Below are positions 57,419 through 64,000 of a stretch of DNA of 64,000 nucleotides, one piece after another; position 1 is the stretch's first letter, and each line of letters begins with the position of its first letter. The position numbers were made by a program, and so were the translations under genes. Under the pieces are notes generated by a model, which saw nothing but the letters and a program-made list of their open reading frames with translations, had not been told where the DNA came from and made no database searches. Source of the stretch: Candidatus Woesebacteria bacterium RBG_16_42_24 (GTDB taxonomy: Bacteria > Patescibacteriota > Microgenomatia > UBA8517); the NCBI GenBank assembly GCA_001792115.1, contig MGFX01000001.1, forward strand, positions 240,606-304,605, in the 5' to 3' direction.

Positions 57419-57979
57419 ATGGGAACTAAAAAACAAAGATTACAGGAAAAGTATGAGGGTGTGGTTGCGCCAGCTTTGGCCAAAGAATTTGGTATCAAAA
57501 ACAAAATGGCGATCCCTAAACTTACTAAAATTGTGGTAAATGTCGGGATTGGCGAAATTGCAAAAAGTAAAGAGTCAATGGAGACTGCCAGGCGCGACAT
57601 TGCGGTAGTTACGGGGCAAATGCCGTCGGTGAGGCCGGCCAAGATTTCAGTAGCCACGTTCAATGTGAGGTCCGGGATGCCGGTGGGCTTGGCGGTAACC
57701 TTGAGGGGAGAGAAGATGTATGCATTCTTGGACAAACTTATTTCCATAGTACTCCCCCGTTTTCGAGACTTTAGGGGAGTGAGCGGCCGAAGTTTTGACG
57801 TCAGCGGAAACTATACCTTAGGAATTTATGAGCATACTGTTTTTCCAGAGATAGATTTGACCAAGGCCCATGCACTTAAGGGATTTGAAATAACAATAGT
57901 AGGAACCGCCGGAAATCCCAAGAAGGGTAAAAAGCTTTTAGAACTATTAGGAATGCCCTTCGAGAAAAATAGTACATAG
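57419..57979 (+). CDS. rplE: 50S ribosomal protein L5
   Basis: KIVVNVG, VTLRG, LPRFRDFRG. Confidence 0.97.
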   Translation: MGTKKQRLQEKYEGVVAPALAKEFGIKNKMAIPKLTKIVVNVGIGEIAKSKESMETARRDIAVVTGQMPSVRPAKISVATFNVRSGMPVGLAVTLRGEKMYAFLDKLISIVLPRFRDFRGVSGRSFDVSGNYTLGIYEHTVFPEIDLTKAHALKGFEITIVGTAGNPKKGKKLLELLGMPFEKNST

Positions 57980-58053
57980 TAAATAGTGCAGAGTGCAGAG
58001 TTTCTATATACTATGCACTTTGAACTCTGCGCTGCGACTAAAAGGAGCAATAT

Positions 58054-58239
58054 ATGGCAACAAAAGCAAAAGAAGTAAGAGAAGATAAAAAACTTAAATT
58101 CAAGGTTCGTTATAGAAACCGTTGTGGCCGCTGTGGAAGACCGCGCGGTTATATGAGAAAATTCGGTCTTTGCAGGCTTTGTTTTAGGGAGTTTGCTTTG
58201 AAGGGAGAAATCCCAGGAGTGCGAAAAGCCAGTTGGTAA
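58054..58239 (+). CDS. rpsN: 30S ribosomal protein S14, zinc-binding type
   Basis: [26 protein letters not shown]. Confidence 0.97.
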   Translation: MATKAKEVREDKKLKFKVRYRNRCGRCGRPRGYMRKFGLCRLCFREFALKGEIPGVRKASW

Positions 58240-58246
58240 ATAAAAT

Positions 58247-58660
58247 ATGAAAAAACAAAATAACAAAAAGGAAAAATTCGGAATGGTTGGTTATCCGGTT
58301 GGGGACTTTTTGATAAGGGTAAAAAATGCCGCACTGGCCCGCCAAAAGGAAGTGAAGGTTCGAAGGACGAAGCTAATCGAGGCGACGGCAAAAGCGCTGG
58401 CCAAGGAGGGATATATTAGCGAGGTCAAGAAAGTGGGCGATGAACTTTCAGTCAGCCTCACCTATCGAAAAAAAGAACCCTTAATGCTGGGTTTAAGACT
58501 CGTTTCCCGACCGAGTCTGAGAGTTTATGTTGGGGTTGAGGATTTAGAAAAAAGAAGAAAGCCGGAAACTCTACTAATTTCTACACCAAAAGGAATAGTT
58601 TCGGCGAAACAAGCTATCGCCGCCCGCGTGGGGGGCGAGGCGATTGTAGAGGTTTGGTAG
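58247..58660 (+). CDS. rpsH: 30S ribosomal protein S8 (start may be ATG 58283)
   Basis: DFLIRVKNA, SRPSLRVY, STPKG, VGGE. Confidence 0.95.
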   Translation: MKKQNNKKEKFGMVGYPVGDFLIRVKNAALARQKEVKVRRTKLIEATAKALAKEGYISEVKKVGDELSVSLTYRKKEPLMLGLRLVSRPSLRVYVGVEDLEKRRKPETLLISTPKGIVSAKQAIAARVGGEAIVEVW

Positions 58661-58675
58661 TTGGGAGGATGTTCT

Positions 58676-59227
58676 ATGAGTAAAATAGGAAGACAGCCAA
58701 TATTAATTCCAGAAGGGGTAACCGTCAAAATTTCCGGCCGGGAAGTGGAAATTACTGGACCAAAGGGATCTTTGGTCCATACGCTCCCCCGTAGGATTTC
58801 GGTTGTAGCTGACAACGAAAACGTTGTCGTATCGTCTGAAATAAAATCAAAACAGGACCGTTCGCTTTACGGAACTACCAGGGCGCTTATTGCAAACATG
58901 GTTAAGGGTGTAAAAGACGGTTGGGTTAAGGAGCTGGAGCTTGTGGGGACGGGTTATCGCGCTGAGGTAGCAGGCGCAGATTTAGTTTTGACGGTAGGGT
59001 ATTCCCACCCAGTCAAAATCGCTGCTCCAGAGGGAATTAAATTTAGCGTAGAAAAAACCCTTATTACCGTTGAGGGTAGAGACAGGCGGTTGGTCGGACA
59101 GATTGCGGCAAATATAAGGATGGTTCGCCCACCCGAGCCCTACAAAGGGAAAGGAATTAAGTATAGGAACGAGGTTGTAAGGAGGAAGGCAGGCAAGGCC
59201 GCAAAGACGGTCGGCGCACCCGCTTAA
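58676..59227 (+). CDS. rplF: 50S ribosomal protein L6
   Basis: MSKIGRQP, GTTRALIANMV, RPPEPYKGKG. Confidence 0.97.
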   Translation: MSKIGRQPILIPEGVTVKISGREVEITGPKGSLVHTLPRRISVVADNENVVVSSEIKSKQDRSLYGTTRALIANMVKGVKDGWVKELELVGTGYRAEVAGADLVLTVGYSHPVKIAAPEGIKFSVEKTLITVEGRDRRLVGQIAANIRMVRPPEPYKGKGIKYRNEVVRRKAGKAAKTVGAPA

Positions 59228-59229
59228 AA

Positions 59230-59589
59230 ATGAAAAGCAAAAGAAGTAGAGAGATACAAAGAAAAGCGAGAACCAGAGTGAAAATTGCCAGAATCAGTAA
59301 TCTGCCGAGGCTTAGCGTTTTTCGCTCAAATAGACACATAGTCGCTCAAATAATTGACGATATTAAAGGCGAGACGGTGGTTGCGGTTTCGGATAAAACT
59401 CTGGCCAAGGGTAAAAGCAAAGTTTCCGGCCCGAGGACGGCGGTCGCCGAACTTGTCGGCATGGAAATTGGAAAGAGAGCTAAAGCCAAAAAGATTTCCA
59501 AAGTAACCTTTGACAGAGGAGCTTATAAATATCATGGATTAGTCAAAGCTTTGGCCGATGGAGCCAGGAAGGGAGGATTAAACTTTTGA
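59230..59589 (+). CDS. rplR: 50S ribosomal protein L18
   Basis: PRLSVFRSN, FDRGAYKYHG. Confidence 0.97.
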   Translation: MKSKRSREIQRKARTRVKIARISNLPRLSVFRSNRHIVAQIIDDIKGETVVAVSDKTLAKGKSKVSGPRTAVAELVGMEIGKRAKAKKISKVTFDRGAYKYHGLVKALADGARKGGLNF

Positions 59590-60080
59590 TGCAATATCGA
59601 GGATGGGCAGGTGAGATAAAAGAATTTGAGGAAAAGGTGGTCGAAATAAATAGAATTTCTAAAAAAACGAAGGGTGGAAATCAGATAAGATTTTCCGCTC
59701 TTGTCGTTGTCGGAGATAAGAAAGGTAAGGTCGGAGTGGGACTAAGAAAGGCCCCGGATGTAAGGGGTGCGATAAGAAAGGCAATTTCTGCAGCCAAAAG
59801 AGGAATGGTAACAGTACCCTTACGAGGTAACACCATCCCCCTTTCTGTGAATGAAAAATTCTCAGCCGCTAAAGTACTTCTAAAGCCGGCCCCACCCGGT
59901 TCCGGAATTATTGCCGGAGGACCGATGAGGGTTGTTTTGGAACTCGCGGGAGTGAAAGATGCGGTTGGCAAAATTCTGGGTACCAAAAATAAAGTCTCAA
60001 ATGTTTACGCAACACTTAAGGCCTTGAACACAATCTCTATTTTGAATGAGAGGAGGGCGAGTCGTGCAAAAACTTCTTAA
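59586..60080 (+). CDS. rpsE: 30S ribosomal protein S5
   Basis: KTKGG..RFSALVVVGD, PAPPGSGIIAGG. Confidence 0.97.
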   Translation: MMQYRGWAGEIKEFEEKVVEINRISKKTKGGNQIRFSALVVVGDKKGKVGVGLRKAPDVRGAIRKAISAAKRGMVTVPLRGNTIPLSVNEKFSAAKVLLKPAPPGSGIIAGGPMRVVLELAGVKDAVGKILGTKNKVSNVYATLKALNTISILNERRASRAKTS

Positions 60081-60543
60081 GATAGTTAGCAAAAGCAAAA
60101 AAAGAGTTGGCCGAGGGATTGGGAGCGGAAAAGGAGGCCACACGGTTGGTCGTGGGCAAAAGGGTCAAAAGGCAAGGGGGAATTTGGGCATTCTTTTTGA
60201 GGGGATAAAAATGAAGAAGTCGTTTATCAAAAAGCTTCCCCTAAGACGTGGACGCGGAAAATTCGGCCCAAAGGCTAAGCCCATTGTAATTAATCTGGAA
60301 GACCTTAATTTTATACCGGCAGGGACAAAAGTCGATTTGGCCTTTTTAGTAAAAGCCGGTATCGTAGATGAGAATGACGCGAGGGTTTTTGGAGTAAAAA
60401 TTTTGGGTGGCGGGAAACTCACCAAAAAAATAACCATCGCTCTTCCCATTTCGAAATCCGCAGCCAAGAAAATAGAAAAGTTTGGAGGAAAGGTGATAAC
60501 TGAAAATCCTAAATCCAAATTACTAATTTCTAAGAGCACTTAA
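60064..60543 (+). CDS. rplO: 50S ribosomal protein L15
   Basis: RVGRGIGSGKG, GRGQKGQKAR, KILGGG; GTG 60064; no rpmD upstream. Confidence 0.95.
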   Translation: MQKLLKIVSKSKKRVGRGIGSGKGGHTVGRGQKGQKARGNLGILFEGIKMKKSFIKKLPLRRGRGKFGPKAKPIVINLEDLNFIPAGTKVDLAFLVKAGIVDENDARVFGVKILGGGKLTKKITIALPISKSAAKKIEKFGGKVITENPKSKLLISKST

Positions 60544-60560
60544 CAAATAAGCTCTAATTT

Positions 60561-61841
60561 ATGCTGAATTCTATCGCCCAGTTTTTTTCTAAAGTAGTCA
60601 AAACTCCGGCAATTAGGAAGAAACTTCTAATTACCGCGCTGGTTGTTTTGGTTTTTAGATTAGTAGCCCACATACCTGCCGCCGGAATCGACAGGACTTC
60701 CCTCTCGGCACTTTTTTCGGGGAGTCCACTTCTTTCACTTTTAGACGTTTTTTCCGGTGGGACTCTGGCCAATTTCTCGATAATGGCCCTGGGTCTTAAC
60801 CCCTATATCAACGCGTCAATAATCTTTCAGCTTTTGACTTTTGTGGTACCTTCTTTAGAAGAACTCTCTAAGGAAGGAGAATTCGGGCAGGAAAAAATTA
60901 ATCAATATACGAGATTTCTGACCGTTCCCCTTGCCGCCCTTCAGGCCTTTGGAATGTATACCCTTCTTAAAAGCCAAGCAATAATTCCTAACCTAACGCC
61001 ACTTGCCCTTGCCGCGCTTGTACTAACCATGACTGCGGGAACCGTGTTTGCGGTCTGGTTGGGAGAGCTAATTACGGAATATGGAATAACAAACGGAATA
61101 TCTTTTCTAATATTCACAGGAATCGTTTCAAGGTTGCCGGTTACCATAGGACAATCCGTTACAACAATTGGCTCTTCCGATTTACTTAAAGTCGGTATTT
61201 TCTTAGCTCTCGCCATGGTGATCGTCGGGTTAATAGTATTCATGAACGAGGCGGTAAGAAGAATTCCAATAAGCTACGCCAGGCGCGTTGGCAGGAATCT
61301 TCCGGGTTCTTCGTACTTGCCTTTAAGGCTTAACCAAGCCGGGGTAATCCCGATAATCTTCGCGGTATCCTTGGTTCTTCTTCCTTCTATGGTCAGTCAA
61401 TTTTTGTCTAGCGCGGCAAACCCCAACATTGCAAAATTCGCCTCTTCCCTCGCCCTAACATTTAACCCCCAAACCCTTATTTATAATGTCGTTTACTTCT
61501 TTCTGGTTTTTGGGTTTACATATTTCTACACAGCAGTCGTTTTTAACCCCGAAAAAATTTCCGAAAATCTTCAAAAAAACGGCGGCTTTGTTTCGGGTAT
61601 TAGGCCGGGAGGCGAAACTACGAAATACCTAAGCTATGTTTTATCAAGAATTACACTAGTCGGAGGAATATTTTTGGGACTTATAGCAATTTTGCCGTCA
61701 TTTTTCCAAAACGCCGTAGGGGTAGCCAATTTAGCAATCGGGGGAACAGGAGTTTTGATAGTTGTCTCGGTAGTTCTTGAGCTTACCCGAGAACTCGAAT
61801 CTCAATTGGTGGTTGGAAGATACGAAAGGTTTATTAGATGA
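60561..61841 (+). CDS. secY: Preprotein translocase SecY
   Basis: [37 protein letters not shown]. Confidence 0.98.
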   Translation: MLNSIAQFFSKVVKTPAIRKKLLITALVVLVFRLVAHIPAAGIDRTSLSALFSGSPLLSLLDVFSGGTLANFSIMALGLNPYINASIIFQLLTFVVPSLEELSKEGEFGQEKINQYTRFLTVPLAALQAFGMYTLLKSQAIIPNLTPLALAALVLTMTAGTVFAVWLGELITEYGITNGISFLIFTGIVSRLPVTIGQSVTTIGSSDLLKVGIFLALAMVIVGLIVFMNEAVRRIPISYARRVGRNLPGSSYLPLRLNQAGVIPIIFAVSLVLLPSMVSQFLSSAANPNIAKFASSLALTFNPQTLIYNVVYFFLVFGFTYFYTAVVFNPEKISENLQKNGGFVSGIRPGGETTKYLSYVLSRITLVGGIFLGLIAILPSFFQNAVGVANLAIGGTGVLIVVSVVLELTRELESQLVVGRYERFIR

Positions 61842-62470
61842 ATTTAATTATTTTAGGGCCACAAGGATCGGGCAAGGGAACACAAGCAAGACTTCTTGCC
61901 GACTCCTTGGGACTTTTTCATTTCGAATCCGGGGATTTTTTGAGGGAGGTTGCCAAGGCCGACCCGAAGATAGATGAGATTATAAATAAGAAGGGAGAGC
62001 TTTTTCCCGACCAAGAAATTTTTGCTTTGGTTACAAAATACCTGGAGGAGAAGTTGCCCAACCTTGAAAATTTCATTTTAGACGGGTATCCCCGCTCGGT
62101 TTGGCAGTATGAGGTGTTAAAAAATTGGCTGGCACAAAAAGGCCGAAAATTAAATTGGGCAATATATCTAACTCTTAGCCAAGAAGAATCGATAACCAGA
62201 ATTACGGCGAGGCGCACCTGTGAGAAATGCGACAGGGTCTATAACCTGGTTACCAATCCGCCCCCAACTTTAGATAGATGCGAATGCGGGGGAAGGCTCC
62301 TCCAAAGGGAGGACGATACACCGGAAGTTGTTAAGAAACGACTTGAGATTTACCAAAAAATAACTGTTCCTTTAATTGAAGTTTTAAAAAAAGATTCGAT
62401 TCTTCTAACCATAAACGGCGAGCAGCCCATCGAAGCTATCTTGAAAGAAATTGTTGCCACGATTGCTTAG
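61838..62470 (+). CDS. adk: Adenylate kinase with zinc lid
   Basis: [26 protein letters not shown]. Confidence 0.95.
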   Translation: MNLIILGPQGSGKGTQARLLADSLGLFHFESGDFLREVAKADPKIDEIINKKGELFPDQEIFALVTKYLEEKLPNLENFILDGYPRSVWQYEVLKNWLAQKGRKLNWAIYLTLSQEESITRITARRTCEKCDRVYNLVTNPPPTLDRCECGGRLLQREDDTPEVVKKRLEIYQKITVPLIEVLKKDSILLTINGEQPIEAILKEIVATIA

Positions 62471-62471
62471 A

Positions 62472-63236
62472 ATGGGAAACACTTTGCTGGTCAAAAGCGA
62501 AAGCGAGCTTGCCATTATGACGGAAGGGGGAAAGAGACTGGGTAGGGTAAAGGCGGAACTTAAAAAAGCTGTAAAAATCGGAGGGACCGCGGCCGGCTTA
62601 GAAGGCTTGGCAAATAAGCTTATCGCCAAGGAAGGAGGAACGCCGTCGTTTAAGGGAGTTCCCGGATACCATTGGGCAACTTGTGTGAATGTGAATGCGG
62701 GGGTAGTCCACGGAATTCCCAATGCCGAAATTATATTTAAAAAGGGCGACGTGGTAAGTGTTGACGTTGGGATGAAATATCGAGGCTTTCATACGGATAC
62801 ATCTTTTAGCGTTGGTCTTTCCTCGGATAGAAAGACCGCGCGTTTCCTTGAGGTTGGAGAAAGGGCGCTAAAAAAAGCCATAGAAATGGCTAAACCAGGA
62901 AATAGGGTTTATGACATTTCCGAAACCATTGAAAGGCAGGTACGTGGGGCCGGCCTTACTCCGGTAGAAGATTTAGTTGGACATGGGATAGGGAAGGATT
63001 TACACGAGGAGCCGCAAATCCCCTGCTTTAGCCGGGGCAAGAGGGAAGAGAGTCCCCTAATTTCCCAAGGGGCGGTTTTGGCCATAGAAGTTATGTATGT
63101 GAAAGGTAAAAAAGACCTTGTTTTGGGCCACGATGGATGGACAATTTCAACCGCCGATGGTAAAATAGCAGCACTTTTTGAGGAGACCGTTGCGGTAACA
63201 TCCGGCGGTCCCCTTATTTTGACGGAAGATAATTGA
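62472..63236 (+). CDS. map: Methionine aminopeptidase type I
   Basis: VVHGIP, DVG...HTD, GHGIG..LHEEP, AIE, FEETV. Confidence 0.95.
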   Translation: MGNTLLVKSESELAIMTEGGKRLGRVKAELKKAVKIGGTAAGLEGLANKLIAKEGGTPSFKGVPGYHWATCVNVNAGVVHGIPNAEIIFKKGDVVSVDVGMKYRGFHTDTSFSVGLSSDRKTARFLEVGERALKKAIEMAKPGNRVYDISETIERQVRGAGLTPVEDLVGHGIGKDLHEEPQIPCFSRGKREESPLISQGAVLAIEVMYVKGKKDLVLGHDGWTISTADGKIAALFEETVAVTSGGPLILTEDN

Positions 63237-63237
63237 C

Positions 63238-63453
63238 ATGAAAGAATCCAAAAATAAATTTGTCGATGGGGAAGTAATAGAAGCTTTGCCAAACACCATG
63301 TTTAAGGTGTCTTTGGTTGACGGCAAGATAGTATTAGCGACACTCAAGGGGAGATTAAGGCGCGCTTATGTCAGGATATTCCCAGGAGACAAAGTCAAGG
63401 TTGAAATGACACCATATGATAAGGAAAGAGGAAGGATAGTTTATAAGTACTAA
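63238..63453 (+). CDS. infA: Translation initiation factor IF-1
   Basis: EALPNTMF, GDKVKVEMTPYD..RGRI. Confidence 0.97.
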   Translation: MKESKNKFVDGEVIEALPNTMFKVSLVDGKIVLATLKGRLRRAYVRIFPGDKVKVEMTPYDKERGRIVYKY

Positions 63454-63462
63454 TTTCTAAAC

Positions 63463-63576
63463 ATGAAAGTTTTATCATCCATTCAAGTTCGTTGTAAAGA
63501 TTGCAAAATAGTAAAGCGCAAAGGGGTTCTTTATGTTATCTGTAAGAATCCTAAACATAAACAAAGACAAGGATAG
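63463..63576 (+). CDS. rpmJ: 50S ribosomal protein L36 (not in ORF track)
   Basis: [37 protein letters not shown]. Confidence 0.97.
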   Translation: MKVLSSIQVRCKDCKIVKRKGVLYVICKNPKHKQRQG

Positions 63577-63582
63577 AGCTAA

Positions 63583-63674
63583 AAATTCCAAATGCCAAAT
63601 TCCAATTTCCAATTAATTATCAAATTACAAATTTCGAATTTCACTGGAATTTGGAAACTGGAAACTGGAAATTG
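63583..63674. repeat. Heptamer tandem repeats in inverted orientation
   Basis: (aaattcc/aaatgcc/aatttcc)n followed by (tggaatt/tggaaac)n. Confidence 0.8.
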
Positions 63675-63691
63675 AAGCCCAGGCGACTAAT

Positions 63692-64000
63692 ATGGCAAGA
63701 ATTGCAGGAGTAGAACTACAAGATAATTTGAAAGTTGATTATGCTTTGACCAGGATTCGAGGCATAGGCTGGCCGTTGTCGCAGAAAATTTTAGCTAAGG
63801 CGGGGATTTCCGGGGAAAAAAGAGTTTCAACACTAAGCTCGGATGAGCTTTCAAAAATTGCAAACCAACTGGAAAATTATCCAACTGAAGGAGAACTCGC
63901 GAGGCGTGTAAAGGGAAATATCTTAAGACTCACGACAGTGGGGGCCTATAGGGGTGTTCGTCACCAAAAAAATCTTCCTGTGCGTGGGCAGAGGACTAGG
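63692..64000 (+). CDS. rpsM: 30S ribosomal protein S13 (3' truncated by window)
   Basis: MARIAGV, ALTRIRGIG, EGELAR, YRGVRH, LPVRGQRT. Confidence 0.97.
   Translation, partial: MARIAGVELQDNLKVDYALTRIRGIGWPLSQKILAKAGISGEKRVSTLSSDELSKIANQLENYPTEGELARRVKGNILRLTTVGAYRGVRHQKNLPVRGQRTR

Noticed and set aside
60046-60080. Missing rpmD (L30) as a novelty
   Set aside because: Loss of L30 is an established CPR trait; used only as a taxonomic clue.
1-64000. Alternative genetic code (UGA=Gly, as in Gracilibacteria/Absconditabacteria)
   Set aside because: Core genes are intact under code 11, and TGA ends nusA, rplN and rplR at the expected positions.

Overview
64 kb of a reduced bacterial genome using genetic code 11, most likely Patescibacteria/CPR of the Microgenomates type. 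This is inferred from the missing rpmD between rpsE and rplO, a short IF2, AlaRS without its C-terminal domain, and many -10 boxes just upstream of start codons. The core backbone is dnaJ(3' end)-nusA-infB-DHH-like-rpsO-pnp-lon-like-udg-rnj-ftsK-rodZ-like-alaS-sortase-yqgF-mltG-rpoB-rpoC-rpsL-rpsG-fusA-tuf-rpsJ, followed by the S10/spc/alpha cluster from rplC to rpsM. A ~16.7 kb accessory/defence island (35005-51670) separates rpsJ from rplC. Its left end carries extra, synonymously diverged copies of the rpsJ 3' end, and its genes are fronted by a recurring promoter-bearing motif, giving a cassette-like array with no integrase in view. The island holds two DUF3800-type genes, each with a convergent structured small-RNA candidate; MazG; a type II R-M pair; HigBA- and HicBA-like TA pairs; and a retron-type RT. 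The RT is preceded by an XRE HTH gene and a ~570-nt highly structured RNA that embeds a 67-aa ORF whose SD and AUG can be masked by a long-range helix. rpsC has a 1-nt frameshift, rpoB and rpsL carry resistance-type residues, and short palindromic and 7-mer repeats have invaded both genes and spacers. All calls are by eye from motifs; no searches or folding programs were run.
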